Source: Octopus sinensis (lineage: Eukaryota). Taken from it: a DNA stretch of 64,000 bases. The translations under genes and the position numbers were made by a program. The DNA is taken from positions 55,242,001-55,306,000 of the forward strand of contig NC_043013.1 in assembly GCF_006345805.1 (NCBI RefSeq), given 5' to 3'. The notes under the pieces were generated by a model. That model was not told the DNA's origin. It worked only from the letters and a program-made list of their open reading frames with translations, and searched no databases. Shown one piece after another: positions 14,248 through 26,930 of this stretch (within the stretch, counting starts at the first letter, position 1; each line of letters begins with the position of its first letter).

Positions 14248-14802
14248 TCTCTTTCTAATCTACTTCTCACATGTCTTTCTCATCCCCTCAATCTCTCTAT
14301 CTATTGCTTTCCACACTTTTTACAGCCGTTACAATTCGGGTCAGAAAACCTCTTAAATTTGCTCTCCCTTTCTCCCCTTTCCCCCATTTCTGCCCCCTTT
14401 TCTCTGTATTTCTCTTCAATTTTGCCCCCACTTCTCTTTCTCACACTATTTTTCTCTTCTCTCTTTCACTCCTTATCTTATTCCTGTCTCTCTCTCTCGT
14501 TCCCCAATCTCCCTACGCCTCTCATTCTCTATCTCTCTCTTTTCTCTTTCTTTCACTTTCTTTCCGTTGTCTCTCCACCCCCACCTACGTTTCTTTCTCT
14601 CCCCCTCCATATTATACTTAACTGTTTCTTTCTCTTTCCACTAACAACTCTCCTCATCTCACTAGCAACTTAACAGCACCAATAACTACTACTACTACTA
14701 CTACTACTAACAATATCATGACCGTGACTATGACAACGATGACAACAGCCACCACTACCACCACTATTACTACAAACAATGTTGATGGTGATGATGAGTT
14801 TT

Positions 14803-15237
14803 TTCTCTGATTGGCACAAGGCCTGAAATTTGGTAGGAAAGGGATAGACAATTACATCGACCCAAGTGTACCACTGGTACTCTATCAATCCTGAAAGGAT
14901 GGGAGGCAAAGTTGATTTTGGCGAAATTTGAACTCAGGACATGAAACTGGAAGAGATGTCTCTGAGTAGCCCGTGCAGCATTTTAAGGATTTTTGCCACC
15001 TTTAGAATAATAATAATAATAATGTTTTCTATGCTAGACACAAGGCCTAAATTTTTTTGTAGGGAGGGGGCCAGTCGATTAGATCGACCCTAGTATGCAA
15101 CTGGTACTTAATTTATCAACCCCGAAAGGATGAAAGGCAAAGTCGACCTTGGTGGAATTTGAACTCAGAACATAATGACAGACAAAATACTAAGCATTTC
15201 TCCTTGCATGGTAATGTTTCTGTCAGCTAGCCGCCTT
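14803..15237 (-). mobile_element. Two adjacent tRNA-derived SINEs (family A)
   Basis: Both contain AAAGGATG(A/G)(A/G)AGGCAAAGT(C/T)GA...GAATTTGAACTCAG. The reverse complement gives a tRNA-like head with B box GAGTTCAAATT and a conserved central domain (GCCTTTCATCCTTTCGGGGTTGATAAATTAAGTACCAG in the 15024 copy). Separated by (AAT)n. Further partial copies at about 15323-15416 and 15564-15685. Confidence 0.8.
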
Positions 15238-15759
15238 CATAATAATAATAATAATAATAATGATGATAATAATAATGATAATAATAACAGTGACAATGAT
15301 GATGATGACAACGATGATGATGATTTCTGAATTTTAATCAAGCCAGCAGCTTTGAGGGACAAGATTAGCAACCATCAAACCCAGTAATTAACCAATACCT
15401 TATTTTACTGGCTTCAGTGAAAAAAAAATTTTTCTCTAAAATTTCTTCTCTCTCTCTCACTGTCCTGCTTTCTCTCTTTCTCTCTCCCTCTCTTTTTCCA
15501 ATCTACTTTCCACAAGTTTTTCTCACCCTCTCTCTCTATCTGTCTATCTATTGCTCTCTGCACTCTGAAAGGATGAAAGGCAAAGTTGACCACACTGGGA
15601 TGTGAACTTGGAATGTAAAGAATCAGATCAAATACCACCAGATATTTTTCCGATGCTCCAACGATTCTAGCAATCCACCCCTGCCTCTCCCTTATAAGTG
15701 TTTCTAATTTAGGCAGAAAAGCTGAAATTATTCTCCCAAACAGATCAGCTTGTTGATTT

Positions 15760-18300
15760 TCACTGACAACGAGAATTTCTCTCCATCATAACACATGCTT
15801 ACCATTCATCTTGTATAAAATTCCGATGGAATTTTCACCAACTGGACATCACCTTGTTGGGCAAGAGCAGCGAGGGCCTGGTACCACTCTTGATACCAGG
15901 GGCCACATTTTGGGTTTCATTTGACCCATAACAACAGCTCTATCAGAGAGATAAACTGCAGAAACATGCCTTAACGAAGGACAATCCCACCAGCTCATTG
16001 TTCAGGAATCCCTACAAAGGTCAGTCTCAGTACATGTACATGCATTGTGAAGGCAGATGGCTTAGTGGTTAGGGTCTTCAACTCGTGGTCATAGAGTCAT
16101 GAGTTCAATTCCACAAGTGCAGACATTTCAGTCTGGTCATATGGAAACTGAAACGAAGCCCAACAGTCAGTGGATTATTCAGGTTTGCCACTTCTACAAG
16201 AATTGCTCCTCTCAGTTCGTTCTGTTCATAGTTTTATCCCAATTCCTTTTCCCCCAGGAGGTCTGAAGCAAAGCAATCCCCAAGCCATGTAATGCTCAAC
16301 CAACAGTATTGGTTGTTTCCTAATCTGGACAGCTGAGTTGCAAGACTACTAACTCTTCCAGGTTGAACATTTTCCCCATTACTGTCATGTAAATCTTTAG
16401 AATGCTGCCAATCACCTCAACTTCCTTGATATCTCACACCATTATTGGGACATGTCTGTATATGCTGACACAGCTCTCCCACATCACGATTTGGGCAGAG
16501 TGTTCCAAAATACCATAATATTTAGTGTATCCACCGAGCAGATAGCACTGTATTTTGAAATGCTCTAGTCTTTGAAAACAAACCAAAATTGCCTTCCATC
16601 AGGACAGCTGCCAAGTAATGAGGGTCAACATATTTAAAGGTTTTCATGGATCCAAATACATTATGGTCTCAACAAAGCCAGCTTTGTTACAATGCTGGTT
16701 ATTGTCAACAGATTTGTTTGGGATTGTGAAAGTTTGCATTTTCCTGATTACGCTACCAAAGAGAGGCACCAACAGATTTCTGGCACTTGGGATAAAATCT
16801 TAAACTCTGAATTCAGCAGAGTTATTGTCTAGAATTTATCAATGAGAGCACCCTCATTCAAATATTTTCTCATCTGCACCGGCATTCCTTGACTCACAAT
16901 CTATTTCATCTTCCTACCGGTCTGAAGAAATTAAGTGGCTTTGCCAAGTCAGGACATTAATGGCCACCACTCTAAAGATACCACTTTTACTGCTGCTCAC
17001 ACCCAACAGTATAGACTCAAGGAAGACTGAGAAAGCACCACTACCACTCCACCTCCTCATTCTGGTTAAGCAAGTTCTCCACCTCATAGACACTAAAGAT
17101 TTTTTTAAGATTATGAAGTCAGCAATACCTTTATCTAATGACCTGGGGTGATAGAGCAAGAGACCTTGCTTCCAAGATGACTCTCAAGTCCACATAGGTT
17201 TATGCAACTTGCTCTATGTATGGCTTTGTTGGTTGGAGAGACAATAATAAGAGAGAGAGCAGCATTTACCTTGGCCTTTGGTGAAAGTAAAACAATTTGG
17301 TTGTTTCTTCAAGAAGGTGTTCATTGGAAAACCCCACCGAAACATTCTTGTCCAACAGTTTTCAGCAAAATCTTTAAATAGCACGAGAATTTATTCTTTA
17401 GCATCTTCTAAATTTCTGCTAAGATCTTCAACAGTAATATTTAAGTATTTGCAAGATTAATTCCCCAAAGCCATCCGGTTCTGTATTTCTATTTTCATCT
17501 CTGAGACTCCATAACTCACTGTTGTTTCTATCCAGAAAGATGAAACTGAAGGAGTTTAGTTTCTCTATTTGATTGTTATTGTTGTTGTTGTTGTTTCTTT
17601 TGATGTGGTTTTCGCCACATTCATGTTTTCTTAGTGCTGGTGATGTTGATGTTGTTGCAGTCGTAGTATTTGCAATAAGGGGTTTTTGACCCCCTTCTAC
17701 CTTAGTTACTGAAACCTCTCAAACTACCTTAAGTGCTTCACTTAGTTCTCTCCTAACTTCTATCACAAATGCTTATCAGATCTGCACTGTCCAAGTGAAT
17801 GAGGTTGGGGATCTTCTGCATGTTTTCAAGGGTGAACAGTAGCTGCATCTCTATTCTAAGATCCTACATGTTCATGTGGGAATTTAAAACAAAGTTCCAT
17901 GCTTCTCTAAAATGAAGTACCCTTTATATATTTCAGATTGTTCATTGCTGAATGTCACCCTGGTCACATACCATTCCATATTGGATAGTAGTGCCTCCTC
18001 TTCTTTAGGGTATAGGATCACCACCATTCTATAGTACCTTTCCTTCCCCATGTGACATATGGAGACCTACACATCCTTTTTATATTTCTTGGCCCTTGTG
18101 ATGTAGGGCCGCCAACCCTGCTGGTCTTTTTCTTGATGCTCTTGTAACAAAAGTTCCATCGTCAAGTGTTTTCATTTATGCTTCCGGTAGTTTGAGCAAA
18201 TTGGGTTTCATCAGGCACTGCTCATGTTTCTGTTTCAATGCAAGTCATTGTCCCACCCACATTCCAAAGGAGGATTGTCTGCTTACAATACACGATGAGA
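15760..18300 (-). pseudogene. Decayed L1/Tx1-clade non-LTR retrotransposon (RT core clear; upstream ORF1-like region tentative)
   Basis: Minus-strand translations with stops and frameshifts: F*TITLLNSEFKILSQV (cf. FRPITLLNxDxKIL), KTFKYVDPHYLAAVL (cf. KAFDRVDHxYL), VSAYTD (cf. SAYADD), EVEVIGSILKIYMTVMGKMFNLEE (cf. KxYxxxSGAKIN). A small SINE-like insert lies at about 16050-16170. Confidence 0.7.
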
Positions 18301-18499
18301 AACAGCTGTAATTAGTGAAGACACATTGTTTTAAAATCTTCTTTTAATTGAGCTTATGAGCAGCTTTAGATAAAATTTCAGAGGAAACTGCATGAATTTG
18401 AAAACAAAAACAGGATGATGTGTCCAGATGAAAAATATGTCCAGTATGTACAGAGCCCAAATACAAAATAAGAATGGTTAATATTGTTCTGATAATTTT

Positions 18500-19020
18500 G
18501 TCCTTTGTGAGGTTCAGTCTCTTGAGATCAGCCTTCATCACTTCTTTCCATATTTTTTGTCTTTCAGTTCTACACGATCCTTTCATTGAGCTCCCTTGGT
18601 ACTTCTTTATCCATCTATCACCCTCTCTGCATATCACAAGTCTGTACCAGTGTACTCACCTTCCTCTCCCAACTTCAGTTGATACCTCACATACCCAGTC
18701 CTTCGCTCATCTCATTTCTCTTCTGTTGCTCATTCACACTCATTCATTACACACTCAGCAAATCATCTTCATTTCTTTCTGTCCTTCATGCATCATCCTC
18801 GTTCAGAGACCAGGCTTCAATAAAATTCAATACAACACTAGGTATCCAAGCATCACACAGTTTGCTCTTCACTCACAAAAACAATCCTTTTGTTGCTGGG
18901 AGAAAAAATAATTCCATGAAACATTTTCATCCTAATTTATTTTACTCTGGTTACTCTGCATTTGATCTGATCACTCTTGTTACTGATTAACTCATATATG
19001 TAACAGGAGCTGTTAACTAT
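18500..19020 (-). mobile_element. RTE LINE C-terminal remnant
   Basis: ORF 18344..18637 reads DRWIKKYQGSSMKGSCRTERQKIWKEVMKADLK, homologous to DRCVKKCQSLTVEVTRGRGRPKKTWDEVVKHDLR at the end of the 33.5-35.2 kb element. Confidence 0.6.
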
Positions 19021-19896
19021 TTCTAGGGAGCCTTCTAGGTATGTGAAGGTGTCCATTTGGTGGGTGGTCTTCTTGCTCACCACTCTTCAACATCTGCCAT
19101 TTTACAAAGACCCTGACTAAAGAATAGAGTTTATATAGATGAACAGGCAGATAAAAGGAGAGATATGTGTCTGCAAATGTATGTATACACACACATGCAC
19201 ACACACATACGTGCATAAATGAATATACATATATAAGCATATATATTCATATATATGTATGTATACATATATTTACACATACACACATATGTATATATAT
19301 ATATAGATACATATACATATGCATAGACATATATTATATACACACACATATACACACAAATACACACCAACACATATGTATCTAGACATACATACACACA
19401 TACATACATGTTTATACACACACACACACATGCACATACATATACAAGCATATCCATTTCTACATACTCTCACAAACACATATATGAGGAGAGAGAGAGG
19501 GGGGGAAGAAAGCAAGAGAGACATGAAGTGGTCAATAGATCCTATAGGTAAACATACAGAGATAATGCTTCTATTTCCGTATCTGCTGCCTCCTCTTGAG
19601 ATAGACATTTTTTTCTCTTGGCAACCAAAACTGGACAGAGAGAGCGAGAGAGAAAGAAAGAGGGAGGGAGAGAGATAAGAGAAAGAGAGAAGAGTAGAAA
19701 AGAGAGAGGGAGAAAGAGAGAAAATTAGGAGAACAATTACCTCATGTAGGTGTTAATGGCTTCTAATTAGGTTTTGATTATCTTTTTATTTAATTTCCAT
19801 GAAGAATATATGACGATATACTTATGTACATACAAACACACACACATATATATATGTGTGTATGTATATATATATGTATACATACATGGATATGTA

Positions 19897-19931
<35 letters not shown>

Positions 19932-20760
19932 GGATATGTATATTTATATATGAACACATTTATATATATGCATATATATGGATGTGTATAAGTATGTATA
20001 TATACTTCACGTACATATGTAAATACTATTATGTCATATAATATATTATATTGCATTATATCATATTGGGATATATGTGCTCCATCTATAAACTTGTAAC
20101 TTTTCTACCAATAAAAAATATATTTCCATATATTGAGTTCTATTTCTCCTGTTTATTCCATTACATGTTGGTGTGTCTACTTGTGTGTGTGTGTGTGTGT
20201 GTGTGTGTGTCTGTACAATGTTACAATGGAGACTGCATTGATAGTGGAGACCTCTTTTGAATGAGGTTTTAATATCTTGTGGCTCTCACCCTTTTTAATC
20301 TATTTAGTGATTTCCCATCACTACTTCAGCAAGTACCTATGCTTTACAAAAGAAATCTAATCAGACTGAAACATAGCCACAGTTATCTCCCTTACCAAAA
20401 TTATCAAAATAATATTAATCACTTATTTTTTTCCTTACCATATAAATTTTTTTTAATCAGATATTTCTTGCACACTATATTGAATATATTAACGCTAATT
20501 TAACCACTTGGGGTATGCTTAGATGCTGGTTTTCTTTTGTTTCATTCACCAATTTGGCTGACTGTATATTATAGAGGAACATAACAGTTTTGTCATTGCA
20601 TTATAAATACTTTCTGTCAAGAAATACCTTATAAAAAATGCCTTGCAATTTATATTAAGAGTAGCTTCCACAAGCCAATATATTGCTTTCTATGGTTTAG
20701 AAAATTCATAATGCTCTTTTGGGCTTCACAGATTGGTGGTACAAAGAATGCAAGTTATTC

Positions 20761-21356
20761 TTAACCCTTTTACTGATCTGCTTCTGTTGAAATACACTGC
20801 CTTGACCAATTAATTTTGAAAGTAATGATGAATTTAGTAAAATAAATTTGTTTAATAAACTGGAATTTGGAAAATAAATGAGCATGGAATTTTGATGGAA
20901 GTTTTTATTTCAAATTGCTTTAAAATAGGAAAAGAGAGTATTGTAGTTTGCATGAAGCATTGTGTATTGTTTGCAAAGAATAAAATGTTTCGAATGGTAC
21001 AGCAATGCACTATAATACAAACAGTGGACTATATACCCGTTGTAATTTAGTCATCCATAGTCTGATATGATATTTCAGAATAAAATTCCTTTCTCGGATA
21101 TCCCTAGGAATTGATGGCATAGCTGCTGTAACCAGTTTATACTGATTATAGCAGCGTCTGGTCTAAGAATATCTGCAGAAGGAATTTTATTCTGAAATAT
21201 TATCAGACTATGGATGGTTAAATTACAACAGGTGTATAGCCCACTGTTTGTATTAAGTGCATTCTTGTACCAGTCGAAACATTTTATTCTTTAAATTAGG
21301 GAATTTTTTTATAGAACTATGGCCAGAGTCTGGTGCCTTGAAATTAAAAAGGTTAA
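20761..21356. mobile_element. TTAA-flanked piggyBac-like MITE interrupted by a fold-back element
   Basis: Ends TTAACCCTTTT (20761) and AAAAAGGTTAA (21356). The body after the left end resembles 1876-1960. Confidence 0.4.
20975..21292. mobile_element. Fold-back (long-TIR) MITE-like element, 318 bp
   Basis: AAAGAATAAAATGTTTCGAATGGTAC... is mirrored by ...GTACCAGTCGAAACATTTTATTCTTT. The arms pair imperfectly over more than 110 bp (CATCCATAGTCTGAT / ATCAGACTATGGATG; TTCAGAATAAAATTCC / GGAATTTTATTCTGAA). Confidence 0.75.
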
Positions 21357-21790
21357 CTAAGAAAGATCTGGCCTAAGTTTCAGAATGGACCCCTTGACTA
21401 AAGGACCCCAAGGACCAGATGTTTGTGTTGACCTGAGCAATAGATTAAGCTTATTGCTCCATATGCACATGGCTTGATGGTTAGGGTGTTACACTCATGA
21501 TCAACAGATTCTAGGTTCGATTCCTAGATTGGGCTGCATGTCATGTTCTTCAGCAAAACATTTCATGTCGCTCTAGTGCTGTTTGGGGACAGGCATGCCA
21601 AAGAATAGGCCCAACATTTCTTCTGTGTGCTGTAAAAGATGACAAAAAGAGATCAGGTAGGATTTGTACTTTGACCTCATAAAACACTCACCAGTACTGA
21701 CCACCCAGACAGACCCATGCGTTGCAGGTTTGTCATTCAACAAATGTAAGATGTAGCAATGTGTTGTTACAGGGCATGCCCACAAAGTAC

Positions 21791-21821
<31 letters not shown>

Positions 21822-22929
21822 GCTACTACTACTACTACTACTACTACAAACAGGAATTGTTTCTCTGACAGGATTCTGTAAAATGCTACAAATTTTATCA
21901 GAAGGTTTTGGTTAAATCTGAGTCTTTGCATAAAGGCATTTAACTTGTCGCCATGCATTGAGATAGAACCCAGAATCACATAAGTGCAAAATGAAGTTGT
22001 TAATCTCACAACCATGCCTACCCCCACTCACCCCAAGTGGGATTATATTAAGTTCTGCTGGTATTAAGTCTATTTTGTGTTTCAGTTCCTCATCATGACA
22101 ATTTACTATGTTTCCAAGATTTAAAAAAATAAGGCAATAAATAATATCTGAGATTTAATGGTTTTTACATCCAAGCAAATTTCCTTCCACCTCTTTTTAA
22201 TTTTTTTAATGCCTTACCTTCAAAACCTTCTTATGAATATTTTACCAATTCCTCTCTCTTCCTATCATTGGAATTTTTTAAATATATATAAAGCGACAAC
22301 AACAGATTGGAATCAGTGAAATATATTTTTTTAAGTAGTTAACCAAGACTTTATTGTTGTTTAGTTATCAAAACAGTATCTTCAATGCCACATCAGAAAA
22401 TTCTTTGAATTCTTGGTCTCAAAGAATATAATCCATCACTCCATTTGTTGTCTTGCTTAGGAAGCTGGAAAGCTATCTCCATAAATCATGCAGTGTTTTA
22501 TGGAAAAAATAAAATCTATTTTTCATTTACATATTTGCTTAATCTATATTAAAGGAGACTTTCATACAAAGACAACTTCTTCCATCGTTAATGTAATTTC
22601 TTCTTTGATTAATTGAAGCAAACGAACGATGATCCATGCTTTATGTCTTCCTTAGCTTCGAGTATAATTCCATTTAAATCTAGGAAGTTTTATAGAAATT
22701 TAAAGAAAAAAAATCCCTTCAGTACTTGACTGCTACTTTATTTCCTTCACCAAAAAAGTGATTAAAGGCAAAGCTGATAGGGATAGGATTTGAACTCAAA
22801 AAGTAAAGGTTTGTAATTAGATATATACATACAGTCATGTGCATACATATACATCCACACACATAAACATGTCTATACACAGACACACATATGCGTGTTT
22901 GTTTGTATGTATATGTATATATACATATA

Positions 22930-23086
22930 TATGTTGGCGTTAGGAAGGGCATCCAGCTGTAGAAACATTGCCAGATTAGACTGGAGCCTGGTGCAGCCTT
23001 CTGGCTCCCCAGAACCCCAGTCGAACCATCCAACCCATGCTAGCATGGAGAACGGACGTTAAACGATAATGATGATGATGATGATA
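22930..23086 (+). mobile_element. RTE 3'-tail fragment ending in (GAT)n
   Basis: TTGGCGTTAGGAAGGGCATCCAGCTGTAGAAACATTGCCAGA...GGACGTTAAACGATAATGATGAT is near-identical to 35757-35915. Other copies at about 30445-30553 (-) and 53005-53152 (+). Confidence 0.85.
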
Positions 23087-24365
23087 TATATATATATATA
23101 TATATATGTTATGAGGTTATACAGTCCAGCACAACATGAAATTACAAAATATCAACTATATTACAAGGCGTGACGAAGTGTTGAATTATAGAAAACAGAT
23201 TATTACTTATTATTGATCTGTAAATTGAGGAAAATCTATATGGAATATTGATTTCTTGCTTAACAACAGACACTCATTCCTAGTTGCATGTTAGTGGATT
23301 ACATCAACCGCAGTATTTAACTGGTACTCGTTTGAACTAGAAGGAAAGATGAAGCAATGAGGGAATGGCCAAGTGGACACTGAAGTTGCTAAAAATAACA
23401 GCCAAATCTTACTTAAATTCCTTACTATTGTGTTAGGAAAAGACATATTAAATGTTACTAATTGGATGGGATTGTCATGGCTGGATTTCGTTGATAATAA
23501 TTCTGTTGATTCAGGTTTAATTCAGGGTTAAAGAATAACAATGGCAACATGGCGCTAATCTTTCTGTGGTTTGAACTGAAAATGTAAATATGTCCAATAC
23601 GCCACATTTTCTACCAATTTACCATTGATGGTGGACTTTCTGTCTATATTCCGATTTTTTCAATCTTCCAACTTTATTTTGTCCTACAGTCTTCCAGCAT
23701 CTATATATTAAGAACCAGGCTGAGACTGAGGCTGATTTGAAACTCTGTTACAATCTTAAGAAATCCTTAGATCTAAATGGGAAACTAAAATCAATCAACA
23801 AATAAGGGTAGATTCCTAATTAAATAGTCAATCACACACAGAATTTCAATTAACCAATCATTGATGTAATCTATTTAAGTCCTTCTCTAATGAGCTGTGA
23901 TTGTTGAAAGGATGGTCCTTATGAAGATAACATGGAGCAGAGAAATGAAGGAATGAGCCTAAAATATGGAGGACTTCAGGAATTTTGTTAAGTATGAGGA
24001 TGGCAATGTATGATGCTTTCATTAGCAGTGGGATGTGCATGGCTTGTGCCTAGATCCACCCTTCCTATATGGTTGGAATCAGACTTAGGGAAGACTGTTC
24101 TATGAACTGGAGAAGGAAATACAAAGTACTCCACAATAGATATGGTAAATACTTGAAAAATAAAAGAGCTGAGATCAAAGAAGAAATTCTCAGAGGTTTG
24201 TAAAACAAAACAATTGTTGAATGGTTGGAGTGATTTTAGGGGCAGGTAGCTTTGTACAAAATTAAATGATGAGGGGAGAACTGTGTTGTAGCAGTGTGAG
24301 CCAAATGATCCCCACATTTCATTGTAGCAGCTACATTATTGACATTTTGATACCATGGCATTCCC

Positions 24366-24438
24366 ATGGGCATATGGCGTAGTGGTTAAGAGCACAGGCT
24401 ACTAACATCAAGATTCTGAGTTCGATTCCAGGCAGTAA

Positions 24439-24474
<36 letters not shown>

Positions 24475-24640
24475 TAATAATAATAATAATAATAATAATA
24501 ATAGCAATAATAATAATAACAACATGGAAAAATACCTTAGGAATGAGAACCAGGTTCAAAATTTCCCCGAGCTACCTGATGAAAGCTGGAGAGTATATGA
24601 GGACAAATATCTGTCAAAATGTAAATAATGTAAATAAGGT
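24366..24640 (+). mobile_element. tRNA-headed SINE-like element with internal (AAT)n and a deleted hammerhead (family D)
   Basis: A box TGGCGTAGTGG and B box GAGTTCGATTCC, then (AAT)n, then a body matching the reverse complement of 52735-52870. CTGATGA is retained at 24576 but the stem II 3' strand, GAAAC and cleavage site are deleted. Confidence 0.75.
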
Positions 24641-24977
24641 ACCAAAATTTGTAACACACACACACACACACACATGCACATATTCTTTATTTGCGGATTA
24701 ACAAAACTACCAATACTTTCAGGTAGAAATTTGTTCCACAATTTTCAAATGATCCACTTAAAAATGCTGGCAATCATCACGTCATTCAGAATGGAAGCAA
24801 TTTCCGACATTTTTAACGAGACTGCTTGAAAACTGTGGAAAATCTTTTCACATGAAATTATTGGCAGCATTGTTCAAAACCCCAAATAATACTTATCCAC
24901 AAAATGCAATTTTGAGCACTCATTCTCAGTGTTTGATGCAACTGTGTGTGTGTGTGTGTGCATACATATCTATGTCA

Positions 24978-25369
24978 TCTCTGTACATATATATAAAGCT
25001 GAAGTTGTCTGTGTATGGCAGGTTTGGTAGCCTTCAACTAACACTATATCCTTCGAGACCCTGCGGCACAAATTGAGAGTATGATAGAAGAAGGCTTGCT
25101 CTTCATTCTGTAGAAGAAAAAATTCAAATCGGACCATTTTAAGACCAAAAATTATTTACATTAAAAAGGTGCTTTTTTTCTATGAAAATCCCTATTTTTT
25201 ACGATTTTTTGACTGCTGTGTCGCCATTTTTCGGTGTATTTCAACCAGAAAAAATGTTCACTTAATGAGAATAACAAGCTGCATAAGGCAAAATTTTTAC
25301 TTTCAAAAATTCCAATTCTAAAGGGTCGAAAAGAAAACAAGCCCGAGCAACGCTGGGCTATACTGCTAG
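24978..25369 (+). mobile_element. Non-autonomous Helitron
   Basis: 5' A|TC(TCTGTACATATATATAAAG), subterminal GC hairpin GCCCGAGCAACGCTGGGC (25341-25358), 3' CTAG|T at 25366-25370. These are the canonical Helitron termini and AT target. Confidence 0.8.
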
Positions 25370-25926
25370 TAATGTATAAACTTATTAGAGACAATTCTTT
25401 AAGCCTTTATTATCAACTTTACAATGATTTATCACACAGTTGTCAGTGTTGCTGCAAAAGACATTTGGTACTCTCATAATTTGGTGAACCATATACCTAT
25501 TCTCAAATCTTGCCGAAGCTACCCAAAACTTTTCATCCAAAAGACAATCAATAAAATAGTGATTTGTAACCATTTTCAGTTAAAATTTCTGATAGGCGCT
25601 ATACTTACACCTAATGTATGACATGTTCTTAAATATCCAATGGACTTTAAAAGATATAGATTTCTTGTCTTCCGTCGTAATGCAGTTTTAGACTATAACT
25701 AGAAATTCTGTTAAATATAGATTTTTTAGCAAGACACATGGCGCCAGATTTTGCAAGGGAAAGGAAATCGGAGCAGTAATGTTTGTTCCTTTCCCAAAAG
25801 CAGTTGTGGCAGAACTTAATTGAAATCTCTTCAGCAAGCTAAACCATATCACAAACGATGTGGCTTGCTTTTATTTCCTGGAAGAACACATCCCTAGTAA
25901 TATGCATATATACATACATGGAAATG

Positions 25927-26020
<94 letters not shown>

Positions 26021-26022
26021 GG

Positions 26023-26058
<36 letters not shown>

Positions 26059-26419
26059 TATATAAGAAGAACTAGAAAACAAGCCATCCAAACCATGCCA
26101 GAAATAACAGGTATAGAGAGATGTACCCAATGTGCTCACATATAAGAAAACAAAGACTGCTGCTGTTGTTGATTTTGGTGGTGGTGGTGGTGGTGGTGTT
26201 TAGCCCCAGGTCAGCTCTGATCTAGCAGATTTCCAATCAGAAATATTTCAGCCATGGCTACTGTCCCATTTTTATGTACTTTTTTTATTCATTTTTATTT
26301 TTCAAATGTAGTGTATCAAGGATTACACCATTCAATGTGTTCTTAACATTTTTAAGATGATAGGCTGTGATTTGAAGGACATTTGATTACTATTTCTAGG
26401 AAGGTATGAACTATATATA

Positions 26420-26930
<511 letters not shown>

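Noticed and set aside
23860-24340. Weak Tc1-transposase-like wording (KLNDEGRTVL*QCEPNDPHISL*QL) on +
   Set aside because: The similarity is too short and interrupted to support a call by eye.
24366-24445. tRNA gene calls for the tRNA-like heads (also 16050, 21465, 33217, 52930, 56271)
   Set aside because: A/B boxes are present but acceptor stems do not pair and the heads continue into repeat bodies. They are SINE heads, not tRNAs.
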